From positions 180,599 through 216,889 of the forward strand of contig NC_057719.1 of assembly GCF_004010195.1 (NCBI RefSeq): a stretch of DNA of 36,291 nucleotides. Direction: 5' to 3'. The DNA comes from Chiloscyllium plagiosum. Taxonomy: Eukaryota. The position numbers and the translations under genes were made by a program. Each line of letters starts with the position of its first letter. Position 1 is the first letter of the stretch. Below are positions 12,080-23,344 of the stretch, in pieces. The notes under the pieces are model-generated. The model was not told the DNA's origin. It searched no databases and worked only from the letters and a program-made list of their open reading frames with translations.

Positions 12080-12385
12080 AGCTTGTCTACTGCCTCTGAG
12101 TTAGAAGATTCCAGATTCAATCCCCACTTGAATTGATAACAGGATAACAACCCCAGCACTGAATGAGTGCTCCACTGTTTTTTCATGAACTACTGAACCG
12201 AGGGCCTGTCTCTGCTGTCAAATGGATGCAAAAGGTGCTGGTTCACTGTTGGAAGAAGAGTAGGTGAGCTCGCCAGAGTCCTCTGGCCAACGTTTATCCC
12301 TCAATCGACCTCACTGAAAGTAGATTATCTACCTGTTCTCTCGTTGCTGTGTGCAAATTGTTGGCAATGTTTTCCTACATTGAAT
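12080..12385 (+). mobile_element. Old Deu-domain SINE (SacSINE1/AmnSINE-like)
   Basis: Degenerate tRNA-like head then TGGATGCAAAAG...GAAGAAGAGTAGG...CTGGCCAACGTTTATCCCTCAA...TGTGCAAATTG...TTTCCTACATT. Confidence 0.65.
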
Positions 12386-13889
12386 GATAATCAGCGAGGA
12401 TGTCTTGAGGTGCAGTGGTAGTTTCTCTACCTTTGGCCAAGAATATCCAGGTTCAAGTCCCATTTCCCTAGTAGGTGTCATAATGTGTCTGAGTAGGTTA
12501 ATTAAATAGATACAAAGGCACACGTTTATATTCAAATACCTGGAAAAAGAAGGGTCAGGTTTGTACTTTGGATTTTGCACCCTTAACACAATGACAAGTT
12601 TTCTGTTAACTTAAAGTTTCATAATTGATAATGATGGCACTTAAGATGTAAAAAGAAATGCAGTTCTGAATTACAGACCTAATCTCTCTCTTGGATCCCA
12701 ATAGAAACTAGGAGCTGCAGTAAGCTATTTAGCCCTTTGAGCCTGCTCCAATGTTCAATATGATCATGGCTGGTCATCAAACTCAGTATCCTGTTCCCTC
12801 CTTTATCCCATTTACTTTGATCCTTTCAGTCATAAGAATTATAGTATATCTAACTCCTTGAAAACATTCAATGTTTTGATGTCCACTGCTTCCGGTGTCA
12901 GGGAATACCACAGCCCTGTGGTTCCAACATTTGCTATTTTCAAATAAAAATAGTTTTATCTAATGGTCACCTGAACACTTTCTTTCTCTACAAAATAATT
13001 CTTGACCTGCTGAAAGTATCTAGTCTTTTACGTTTCTCATAATACCTTGTACCTATATTGTGCCTTTAATATGGTAAAACATTCCAAAGTATTTTACAGG
13101 GGCATTATGAAAAGTGATGCATCCTGTACAACATAAGGTGAACTCAGGGTAGTTAGCCTTGATCATCAAGATGGATCAGAGCTAATGTTTGTAAAGATCG
13201 TTTTAAGGAAAAAAAGATTAAGTGGTGAGGCAAAAGGGTTCAGGGAAGGCATTCCACAGCTCAGGGCCAGAGCAGCTGAAGGATCTTAAATAGTGGAAGT
13301 CAGAATTAGAGGGGCACAGCTATCGGACAGTAAGGCAAAGGAGATAGAAATTTGAAGAGTTGAAGCCAATGTCGCCAAAAGAAAAGACAATTTTAAAATC
13401 GAGGTTTGAGTAAGGTCATTGATAGATTTCCGGTATGACTGCTTTTTTGCGTTTGATTCTCTGCATCTCCTGAAAGAACAGAGCACGGACTGTGGAAGTT
13501 CACCAGCATTTTTTAAAAAATTTACCTCATGGAGTATAGGAGTGCTGACTGGGCCAGCATTTGTTGCCTACCAATAGTTGCCTTTGAGAAAATGATGAGC
13601 TTGAATCTTCTGTAAGGTGCAGAGGTCCCAGCGTTTTTGCTCTCCTTGGTTTCAATGCCTGTAACATCTGAATATTATACACTGAATCAGTGATGGCCAT
13701 AACCCCAGAGGCACATTCAGGGATGACTTTGCCACCAGAATGAGATCAACAGATCATCCAAGTCTGTGATACAGAACATCTATAAGCAAGATTCTGAAAT
13801 TGATTAGAATCAATGTCATTGCATGGGGCATTCTTTCTGCTGACCAGACGGCATTGATGCGAGTAGTCAGGAAGGATGGAGAAGGATAC

Positions 13890-14720
13890 AAGACATGACA
13901 ATGTAGGAAAATAGAGCCTGCTAGAAGGAATGTAAGATTTAGGAACAAGAGTCTTCCAGCCTGCTCCATAAGATCAGGGCTGATTGGGCTATGGTCTAAG
14001 CTCCACTTTCCTGACTATGTCCCATAACCCTGGTTTCTCTCTAACCCAATATGGAATAGATATAAAGATGCAGCCTCCGTTACCTTCTGAGGAAGAGAAT
14101 TGTGCACTCCAAAAAGCCTTGGAAAGGAAAAATGTCTCACTTCTGAAAAGGGAGACGTCGTATCCCTAAAACATCCCCCGTTTTAGTCTGCTCACGAGAA
14201 GAAACATCCTCCAGGTATCCAACCTCCTCAGGGTCTTGTGTTTTAATCTCATATTTCTAAACTGCAAAAGATATAGCCCAAACCATTCAATTTGCCTCAT
14301 AAGATAAGCCCTTCATCTCAGGAAAGAGTTGACTTAACCTTCTCTAAAGTGCTATTAAAGTCATTATATTTTCTTAAATTAGGAGACCAAAGCCACGCAC
14401 AGTACCCCAGATAAGCTCACCGATACCCTGCAGAGCTGGAGTAAATCTTCCCTATTTAAATATTCTATCTCCTTGCAGCAAGCAATGTTTGCTGGACATG
14501 CAGGTTAACCTTTTGGGATTCATGTATCAGGACACCGAGATCCCTACAGCCTTTGTCAGCCTTTGGATCCAATAGTTTTCCCTTGGTGTGACAATTGGTC
14601 TAGGTTTGCTCCCCTCTCACTTCCACTGAATTTTCAAATAGTTTAGAAAAGTTTTCAAAATCTTCTGCTGTGAAGCCAGTCACCTGGCCAAAGCCTCCAC
14701 CATTTCTTTACCTTCCATTA
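13890..14720 (-). mobile_element. Heavily decayed CR1 3' region
   Basis: Reverse-complement similarity to the CR1 3' ends elsewhere in the window; no intact ORF. Confidence 0.55.
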
Positions 14721-14803
14721 TCCAAGAGAAAAAAAACATCATTCAATCTCAGGCCAACTGTGCCAACTGTGAAATGTACTGCCATTTCTGAATTGAGTTA
14801 AAT

Positions 14804-15010
14804 AAAAATCACACAACACCAGGTTATAGTCCAACAGGCTTGTTTGAAAGTACTAGGTTTTCAGTACTTCACCTTTGTCAAGTTTTACTATAAATTCTGT
14901 GTCCTATGATCCTGCCCCACTAGCTACCTGACGAAGGAGCAGCGGTCCAAAAGTTTGGACTTTCAAATAAACCTGTTGGACTATAACCTGGTGTTGTGTG
15001 ATTTTTAACT
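14804..15010. mobile_element. Fold-back element of a third Penelope-like family with decayed hammerhead at 14928-14957
   Basis: 48-bp inverted arms 14804-14851 / 14959-15006; CTGACGA A GGAGCAGCGGTCC AAAAG between them. Confidence 0.6.
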
Positions 15011-15012
15011 TT

Positions 15013-15093
15013 GGAGAAAGTGAGGACTGCAGATGCTGGAGATCAGAGCTGAAAAATGTGTTGCTGGAAAAGCGCAGCAGGTCAGGCAGCATC
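15013..15093 (-). mobile_element. Penelope tail fragment
   Basis: Same terminal sequence as the 11836 and 16651 inserts. Confidence 0.75.
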
Positions 15094-15299
15094 ATGACTT
15101 CTGAAATGGACAGTGGATGACCTAGAAATGTCATACATGCCAGACTCAGTCCAATGACTCCTGAGATGGATAGATGCCAGAAACTCTCCTGCTTGTCGAA
15201 GTTGTGTTCAGCAAGCTGACAAAATAACTTACATCGTTTCTCAGCTTCTCAGCCAACCACCAGTTCCCAATTCCTCTTCACTTTTCCTTCTCCAGGAAT

Positions 15300-15517
15300 C
15301 CACCAGAGGGAGCCTTGAGGCGGCCAGACCTGATGGGTTCAGGGCGCGCCACTCCCCCTGCTGGGGAATCCAGACTTAGTGCAGCACCTGCGTGCAGTGG
15401 CCCCTGCTGGCCGAAAGGGAGCGGTGCAGTTTCCGTATTGCAGCGCCGCCCGCTGGTGACTTGGGCGGTGGTGCAGCGGGAGCTCCGCCCCCTGGCGGCG
15501 GAGTGCCGGTGGTGCAG
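15300..15517. promoter_or_regulatory. CpG-rich cluster of five CTCF-like sites
   Basis: + CCACCAGAGGGAGC 15300-15313; - CCAGCAGGGGGAGT 15351-15364, CCAGCAGGGGCCAC 15397-15410, CCAGCGGGCGGCGC 15443-15456, CCGCCAGGGGGCGG 15485-15498; each minus site has CTGCAC 13-14 nt upstream. Confidence 0.7.
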
Positions 15518-15726
15518 TCTCCCGGCCCCATTTGTCTATGATTCAAACCCGGAAAATGGGGCTGCGCCTGGGGGGTCGTCCTGGGGCGGGGAAGGGGGGA
15601 GAGGTGGGGAAATAACCGCGGGAGGAGAACTAGGAAACACAGGACTGAAAAATACCCCATAACTAACTTCCCCGGGGAGCTATCTGGGAAAGAGTTGGAG
15701 TGGTTCCGTCATTCTGGCGGCGTGCA

Positions 15727-15799
15727 GGCTCCATAGCTCAGTGGTTAGAGCACTGGTCTTGTAAACCAGGGGTCGCGAGTTCGATCCTCGCTGGGGCCT
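15727..15799 (+). tRNA. tRNA-Thr (anticodon TGT)
   Basis: 73 nt; acceptor GGCTCCA/TGGGGCC, D arm GCTC/GAGC, anticodon arm CTGGT-CTTGTAA-ACCAG, T arm GCGAG-TTCGATC-CTCGC; Pol III TTTT at 15808-15811. Confidence 0.97.
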
Positions 15800-15942
15800 T
15801 ACTGGACTTTTACCCCTCAATTAAAGTTCCACAGATGAGGGGAACATTTTAAAACCCCCTAAAATACGACAGTCTTCATTAAGGATTGAAATACGTGTTC
15901 ACAGTCCACTGTGGCCTCACAGTCTCCTTTGACCTGGTTCAT

Positions 15943-16075
15943 AAATAGGAAGGATGTCGAGGGATGTAGTGCTGGCAAATGGCATAGATTAGTTTAGGGA
16001 TATCAGGTAGGCATGGACAAGTTGGACCGAATGGTCTGTTTCCGTGCTGTACACCTCTATGACGTTATGACTATA
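15943..16075 (+). mobile_element. CR1 3' tail fragment
   Basis: TTGGACCGAATGGTCTGTTTCCGTGCTGTA...CTATGAC tail. Confidence 0.65.
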
Positions 16076-16650
16076 TTCTTCAGCCTTGGCTTGTTTTGTA
16101 TATTTCACTTGCCACCCTCTATCACCAGCCACCATGGTCTGGAATTCCTTCCTTAAACCTCCTCTGTCTCTCTTAAAGCCTACCCCAATTAACTAAATTT
16201 TAGGGTTCCCCCGCCCCCCTTAATATCATTGCTGGTTTATAAATTTTCAATTGCCTCACTCTTCCCTATCCCTATAGCTTATGAGAGCTCTACAACTGAA
16301 GCTACAGGATGCAGAGCTGGGCTGGGAAGTGGCAGATGGAGTTCAACCTGGAAAAAGGTCAAATTTGTATGTTGAATACAAACTTAAAGGCAGGAACCTT
16401 GGCAGTGTGGAGGAGCAGCAGGATCTTGGGGTCCATGTACAAAGATCCCTTAAAGTTGGCACCCAAGTTGATAGGGTTGTTAAGAAGGCATATGGTGTTT
16501 TGGCTTTCATTAATAGGGGGATTGAGTTTTAGAGTCAAAGGTTTTGCTGCAGCTCTATAAAACCCTGGTTAGACCACACTTGGAATATTTTGTCCAGTTC
16601 TGGTCGCCTCATTATATGTGGAAGCTTTAGAGAGGGTACAGAGGAGATTT

Positions 16651-16857
16651 GAGGAGAAAGTGAGGTCTGCAGGATGCTGGAGATCAGAGCTGAAAATGTG
16701 TTGCTGGAAAAGCGCAGCAGGTCAGGCAGCATCCAGGGAACAGGAGAATCGACATTTCGGGCGATTCCTGAAGAAGGGCTTATGCCCGAAACGTCGATTC
16801 TCCTGTTCCCTGGATGCTGCCTGACCTGCTGTGCTTTTCCAGCAACACATTTTCAGC
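16651..16857. mobile_element. Fold-back mini-Penelope insert
   Basis: Inverted arms, tail on the left; 13-bp TSD ACAGAGGAGAT(T/G)T (16638-16650, 16858-16870). Confidence 0.85.
16768..16795 (+). ncRNA. Minimal hammerhead ribozyme motif, intact core
   Basis: CTGAAGA A GGGC TTAT GCCC GAAA CGTC. Confidence 0.72.
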
Positions 16858-17800
16858 ACAGAGGAGATGTACCAGATGCTGCCTGGACTGGAGGGCTTGT
16901 CTTATGAAGAAAGGTTGAGTGACCTGGGGCTTCTCTGGAGAGAGAAGGAAGGGAGGTGACTTGATAGAGGTATACAAGGTAATGAGAGGCATAGATAGAA
17001 TAGATAGCCAGAGACATTTCCCCAGGGCAGAAATGGCTGTCACGAGGGTTCGTAATTTTAAGGTGACTGGAGGAATGTAGAGCTAAGTTCTTTACACAGA
17101 TTGTAGTGGGTGCGTGGAATGCATTGCCAGTGGTGGTAGTAGAGTCAGAGACATTAGGGACATTTAAGCGACTGCTGGACAAGCACGCGGATGGCAGTAA
17201 ATTGAGGGGTGTGTAGGTTAGCTTGATCCTAGATTAAGATAAATGCTCGGCCCAACATCGTGGGCTGAAGAGTCTGTACTGTGCTCTACTGTTCTATGTT
17301 CTAACTCTTCAAGATCTCTGCACTGCAGTAATTCTGGCTTGCGAAGTGCTGATTTTAATCACCACCATAGACACCCATACCTTCAGCCACCCAGGCCCTC
17401 AATTTTGGAACAAAAGCAGAAATTGTTGGAAAAACTCAGCAAATCTGGCAGTATCTGTGGGGAGAAATCAGAGTTAACCCTTCACCAAATACAAATTTTG
17501 GACACTTCTCTCTTAATTTAAGAGGCTCTTTTTGATTAAAATGCTAAAATCAAGGTGCGAGTGAGAGCCAGTGTTAATCAGCAAACACAGTCATATGTAA
17601 ATTGGATTTAGTTGAAATTGTTTTAGTTGAAGTCACAGTTTCTGAAAAGGGATATTGACAAAAATTGGGAGCTGGAATATAATGTGGAGAAATGTGAGGC
17701 AGAATAGAGGAGCAAATACTGCAGAAAGCTACAGTTCAGAATTTAGTAGCCCTTGTGCATAGTTGATAGCCTGGTGGTAATATCACTAGACAATTAAACT

Positions 17801-17991
17801 GGTAAAAACAATGACTGCAGATGCTGGAAACCAGATTCTGGATCAGTGGTGCTGGAAGAGCACAGCAATTCAGGCAGCATCCGAGGAGCAGTAAAATGGA
17901 CGTTTCGGGCAAAAGCCCTTCATCAGGAATAAAGGCAGAGAGCCTGAAGCGTGGAGAGATAAGCTAGAGGAGGGTGGGGGTGGGGAGAAAG
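17801..17991 (-). mobile_element. Penelope terminus (variant subfamily) running into the gap
   Basis: Homologous terminal repeat with a different tail. Confidence 0.75.
17899..17926 (-). ncRNA. Minimal hammerhead ribozyme motif, intact core
   Basis: Reverse complement CTGATGA A GGGC TTTT GCCC GAAA CGTC. Confidence 0.7.
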
Positions 17992-18544
17992 NNNNNNNNN
18001 NNNNNNNNNNNNNNNNNNNNNNNNNNNNNNNNNNNNNNNNNNNNNNNNNNNNNNNNNNNNNNNNNNNNNNNNNNNNNNNNNNNNNNNNNNNNNNNNNNNN
18101 NNNNNNNNNNNNNNNNNNNNNNNNNNNNNNNNNNNNNNNNNNNNNNNNNNNNNNNNNNNNNNNNNNNNNNNNNNNNNNNNNNNNNNNNNNNNNNNNNNNN
18201 NNNNNNNNNNNNNNNNNNNNNNNNNNNNNNNNNNNNNNNNNNNNNNNNNNNNNNNNNNNNNNNNNNNNNNNNNNNNNNNNNNNNNNNNNNNNNNNNNNNN
18301 NNNNNNNNNNNNNNNNNNNNNNNNNNNNNNNNNNNNNNNNNNNNNNNNNNNNNNNNNNNNNNNNNNNNNNNNNNNNNNNNNNNNNNNNNNNNNNNNNNNN
18401 NNNNNNNNNNNNNNNNNNNNNNNNNNNNNNNNNNNNNNNNNNNNNNNNNNNNNNNNNNNNNNNNNNNNNNNNNNNNNNNNNNNNNNNNNNNNNNNNNNNN
18501 NNNNNNNNNNNNNNNNNNNNNNNNNNNNNNNNNNNNNNNNNNNN
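17992..18544. other. Assembly gap (553 N)
   Basis: Run of N. Confidence 1.
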
Positions 18545-18663
18545 GGGCTTATGCCCGAAACGTCGATTCTCCTGCTCCTTGGAGGCTGCCTGACCTGCTG
18601 CGCTTTTCCAGCAACACATTTTCAGCTCTGATCTCCAGCATCTGCAGTCCTTACTTTCTCCTC
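18545..18663 (+). mobile_element. Penelope terminus emerging from the gap
   Basis: GGGCTTATGCCCGAAACGTC...CAGCATCTGCAGTCCTTACTTTCTCCTC. Confidence 0.8.
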
Positions 18664-19072
18664 AGTATTTATGACCCCTTGAGAAGTTGGGGGTGAGCTG
18701 CCTTCTTGACCCGCTGCAGTCCATGTGCTGTAGGTTGACCCACAATGCCCTTAGGAGGATATTCCAGGATTTTGACCCAGTGACACTGAAGGAACAGCAA
18801 TATATTTCCAAGTCAGGGATGGAACTTGCAGGGGGTGCTGTTTCCATGTATCGGCTGCCTCGTACCCATTCTCTCCCAGAAAACAATTATAGGGTAAGTT
18901 GGTCATGGCCACGTGTGGAAATTTGATAGAATTATTCAAAACCATAAATTTTCAATATTTACTGTGTTTCCACTAGTAGGACTGTCAGTAACCAGGGAAT
19001 GTTGTGGATCATTGGCAAAATAACCAGAGTGAAGATTAGGAAACTTTCTTTACATGAGAGAGAGAGAGAACT

Positions 19073-19594
19073 TGCACAGTTACTGCCTTTGCTGTTTGAA
19101 TTAGTGTATCGCTGGACATCGGAGTGCATCTGGGAAAATTAACAAACAGTGAAATTCACAACTGATCTTGGAGGAACTGTTGGGCAAAGTTCACAGCACA
19201 GAATCAGATAAGTTAATCGTTGTTTTAAGTGTGGCCTACAGAGAATCTGCAGTGGTGAATAGAGTGGGTTCTTTCTTGATTATATGTTATCTTAAAGAGG
19301 TTTACAAAATTATGAGGGGCATGGATAGGGTAAATAGGCAAAGTCTTTTCCCTGGGGTCAGGGAATCCAGAACTAGAGGACATGGGTTTAGGGTGAGAGG
19401 GGAAAGATATAAAAGAGACCTAAGGGGCAACGTTTTCATGCAGAGGGAGGTACGTGTATGGAATGAGTTGCCAGAGGAAGGGGCCGGGTGCTGGCAGGTG
19501 GGACTAGATTGGGTTGGGATATCTGATCGGCATGGATGGGTTGGAACGAAGGGTCTGTTTCCATGCTGTACATCTCTATGACTATGACTCTATG
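19073..19594 (+). mobile_element. CR1 5'-UTR-like segment joined to a CR1 3' end
   Basis: 19073-19289 aligns by eye with about 27492-27718; 19290-19594 is a CR1 3' end with CTATGA repeats. Confidence 0.7.
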
Positions 19595-19609
19595 GTGAGT
19601 TGTGATCAT

Positions 19610-20310
19610 GTGGGTAAATGTGAGGTTATCCATTTGGTAGCAAAATCAGTTTATTATTTGAAAAGTTACAAATTGAGAAAGGAAAATGTTCAACAAGACC
19701 TGGTGTCCTTGTGCACTACTTGCTGAAACTAAGTGTGTACAGGCAGCAGGCAGGCAAGAAGGCAAACTCTATGGTGGCCTTTATAGCGAGAGGATTCTAG
19801 TACAGGAGCAGGGATGTCTAGAGACCATGCCTGGAGTCTTGTGTGCAGTTTTGATCTCCTTATTTGACGAAGGATGTTCTTGCTACTGAGGGAATGCAGC
19901 GAAGGTTTACCAGATGATTCCTGGGATGGCAGGACTGATGCTTGAGGAGAGACTAAGTTGGTTAGGATTGTATTTTCTGGAGTTTAGAATAAGGAGGAAT
20001 CTCATAGAAACCTATAGAATTCAGGCAGGACTGGACAGATTGAATGCAAGAAGGATGTTCCCAATACTGGGGGAGTCCTGGAGTCATAGTCTAAGAATAA
20101 GTGACAGCGGTCAGTCTGTGGAATTCACTATCACAGAAAATGGTTGAGGCAAAAATATTGTGTTTTCAAGAAGGAGGGAGCTATAGCTCTTGTGGTGAAA
20201 GGGATTATGAGATATGAGGGGAGGGTGGGATTAGAGTATTGAGCTCAATGATCAATCAGATTATATCGAACAATGGAGCAGGTTCGATGGGCTGAATGGC
20301 CTACTTCTTT
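19610..20310 (+). mobile_element. Decayed CR1 3' portion
   Basis: KCEVIH, MIPGMAGLMLEERLSWLGLYFLEFR..NLIETYRI motifs. Confidence 0.75.
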
Positions 20311-20660
20311 GTTTCTATGCTTCTATGGAAGGTGCCATCTGAAAGAGTGTTGGGAGCAGATTCGGTTGGAACTTGCACAAAGGAATTGGAGAAATACTTG
20401 AATAAACTTACCATGCAATGGGGGAAAGGCAGGAGGGTGGGAACAGATGAATAGTTTGCTAGGAATAATGCAGACATGATGGGCTGAAGGCTCACTGTGT
20501 TTATGTTTATGGTTCAATCAGTAAAAATGATACAGGACTCAATAATTCCACACAACAAACCACAAGTCCATTTGCAACTTCCTCGCGGTCTATTGGAATT
20601 GATTAGTGCAGGTGAGCAATCTGGTTATGTCCCCCAGTTGTCTCCTGAGAAAGGGCTGCA

Positions 20661-20816
20661 TTATCCTTTGGAAGATTCGGATCTCGGTGTCAAGATGCAC
20701 ACTGCACCATCTCGAGGTCGGAGAGTTCCTGTGTCCATAATTTCATAAGTGTGGCCTGGAGCATGTTGGAAGTCAAACCTTTGCAGGAATTTGGACAAAA
20801 TCACCTTTGCTTCCAT
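20661..20816 (-). CDS. CYP46A1: Cholesterol 24-hydroxylase-like P450, last coding exon
   Basis: Acceptor TTTATCCAG; MEAKVILSKFLQRFDFQHAPGHTYEIMDTGTLRPRDGAVCILTPRSESSKG*. Confidence 0.9.
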   Translation of the reverse strand: MEAKVILSKFLQRFDFQHAPGHTYEIMDTGTLRPRDGAVCILTPRSESSKG

Positions 20817-21089
20817 CTGGATAAAGAGGATCAAACTTTAATATCAGGGACCCAATTTGCTAATCACACATTGTGTATGCTAGTTCTAACACTCCAGTTT
20901 TATTTTGTCAAACACTTAATATTTGAAAATAAAACACTGGGAATAACACTGTCTATATTCTATATACAATTGTTGGGTATTATTCAATAACCACAGTGTC
21001 TCAAATTAATAATATACATATTATAGAAAACACAACTTGTTACTGAGCTTTTTTGAATTCATTGAGAAGATGCAGGAATCACTGACTTG

Positions 21090-22375
21090 GCCAGAATTTA
21101 CTATCCCTAATCGTCCTGAAGAAGGTGGTGGTAAGCTGCCTTCTCCAACCACTGCAGACACCACGGCACTGTTAGGGAAGACTTCTTACTCAGTGACACT
21201 GAAGGAAACAGTGATATATTTCCAAGTCAGGATGGTGAATGACTTGGAGGGGAACTTGCAGGGGGTGGTGTTCCCATGTATCTGCTTTAGATTAGGTTAC
21301 AGTGTGGAAATAGGCCCTTTGGCCCAACAAGTCCACACCGACCCGCCAAAGCGCAACCCACCCATACCCATTCCCCTACATTTATCCCTTACCTAACACT
21401 ACGGGCAATTTAGCATGGCCAATTCACCTGACCTGCACATCTTTGGACTGTGGGAGGAAACCGGAGCACACTGCTGCTACTGAGCGTCGGTGGTGGAGGG
21501 GGTGGGTGTTTGTGGATGTGGTGCCAATCAAGCGGCTGCTTTGTCCTGGATGGTGCAAGCTCCTTGAGTGTTGTTGGGGCTGCCCCCATCCAGGGCAAGT
21601 GGGGAGGATCCATCACACTCCTGACTTGTGCCTTGTAGATGGTGGACAGGCTTTGGGGAGACCGTTGGCTGAGTTAATTGCCACAGAATTCCAGGATGTT
21701 GACAGTGGGAGATTCAGTGATGGTAATACCATTGAATATCAAGGAGCAGTGGTTAGATTGTCTCTTATTGAAGATGGTCATTGCTTGGCATTCCTGTAGC
21801 GTGAATGTTACTTGCCACTTGTCAGCCCAAGCTTGGATATTGTCCACATCTTGCTGCATTTGAACATGGACTGCTTCAGTATCTGAGGAGTCGCAAATGG
21901 TGCTAAATATTTGCAATCATCGGCGAACATCCCATTTCTGACCTTAAGATGGAGGGAAGGTCATTGATGAAGCAGCTGAAGATGGCTGGGCCTAGGACAC
22001 TCCCCTGAGGGACTCCTGCAGAGATGTCCTGGAGCTGAGATGACTGACCTCCAACAACCACAACCATCTTCCTATGTGTCAGGTCTGACTCCAACCAGCG
22101 GAGGGTTTGCCCCCGATACCCATTGATTCCAGTTTTGCTAGGGCTCAAATATGGCCTGGATAACGAGGGCTGTCACTCTCACCTCCCCTCTGGAATTGTC
22201 CAGGTTTGAACCAAGGCTGTAATGAGGTCAGGAGCTGAGTGACCCTGGCGGAACCCAAACTGAGCATCACTGAGCAGGTTATAGCTGAGCAGGTGCTGCT
22301 TGATAGCACTGTTGGTGACCCCTTCCAGCACTTTACTGAGGATTTAGAGCAGACTGATGGGGGGGTAACTGGCTG
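21090..22375 (-). mobile_element. Decayed CR1/L2-group LINE of a second family, with a partial HE1-like SINE at about 21288-21470
   Basis: [36 protein letters not shown]; related 3' ends occur near 8825, 18665, 33595 and 35570. Confidence 0.8.
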
Positions 22376-22517
22376 GAACATATCATCAGCCATGACCTCA
22401 TTGAATGACAGAACAGACTCAATGGGATGAATGGTCTACTTCTGCTCCTCTGTCTTATGGTATTATAATGCCAACTCCACATACAATTAATGTTACTTAG
22501 CATATCAATGACATTAC

Positions 22518-22584
22518 CTGTGCAAAAACCTGGCCAAGACAGGAACGTGGCCCTAAAGTGAACGGGAAATAGCAGTAGTAGGGT
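22518..22584 (-). CDS. CYP46A1: CYP46A1-like heme-binding exon (67 nt)
   Basis: AG/GT bounded; (K)PYYCYFPFTLGPRSCLGQVFAQ contains FxxGxRxCxG. Confidence 0.93.
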
Positions 22585-22680
22585 CTGGAATCAATCAAAA
22601 TCCATGTGTTAGTTGCATCATAACTATTGGACATTGAGTCTCATCAATGGCTTTTACACAAACAATAGGTTTTCAGAATA

Positions 22681-22858
22681 AAAGCCGAAAGAACCGCAGA
22701 TACTGTAAATTAGAGACAAAAATAAGAATTGCTGGAAAAGCTCAGCAGGTCTGGCAGCGTCTGAGGAAGGGTCACGTGACCTGAAACATTAACTCTGATT
22801 TCTCTCCACAGACGCTGCCAGACCTACTGAGCTTTTCCAGTAATTTCTATTTTTGTTT
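22681..22858. mobile_element. Fold-back mini-Penelope (second family) with hammerhead motif at 22761-22791
   Basis: Inverted arms about 22715-22763 / 22809-22856; CTGAGGA A GGGTC ACGT GACCT GAAA CATTA. Confidence 0.7.
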
Positions 22859-23012
22859 GTGACAGATTTATGGAATTCAATTTCACAACTGGTTTTGAGG
22901 AAAGACAGACTTGGGGATATCTATTGACACTTCCTCCTCTCAGGGCTTCTCTTGAACGAAATATTTTCCAGGTGCACATATTGTTGTGACGTAAAAAACA
23001 GAGCAACACTTA

Positions 23013-23159
<147 letters not shown>

Positions 23160-23344
23160 TTAATTCAGATAATCCTGGAGCTTGACAGTGCCAGACAGTG
23201 GTTCCTAGTTAAATCTAATCAATGAGACATTCTGGAAGGCAGGCAATAGATGTGCTTGCCAGCTCCTCGCTGGACACACCAGTGATAAAGACGAAGCATT
23301 TTCCATCTCACCAAATCTGCTTTGGGTTCAGAAACAGAGATGAT

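Larger units (their letters stand above)
16300..17303 (+). mobile_element. 5'-truncated CR1 with Penelope insert
   Basis: WAGKWQMEFN, QDLGVHVQRSLKV..QVDRVVKKAYGVLAFINRGIEF; GTTCTATGTTCTA tail. Confidence 0.88.

Noticed and set aside
11770..12099. Recurring MCCWKSAAGQAAS / MPETSILL peptides as a small protein family
   Set aside because: Translations of the non-coding Penelope terminal repeat on both strands.
15094..15173. Imperfect 20-bp direct repeat 60 bp apart
   Set aside because: Only two diverged copies with no interpretable structure.
15315..15662. Overlapping 115-aa and 94-aa ORFs
   Set aside because: Expected in GC-rich sequence; no recognisable protein or splice structure.
17870..18696. 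ORFs of 240-249 aa
   Set aside because: Artefacts of the N gap.
19650..19655. CYP46A1 poly(A) signal
   Set aside because: The AATAAA on - is about 1 kb past the stop inside a CR1 remnant; unsupported without transcript data.
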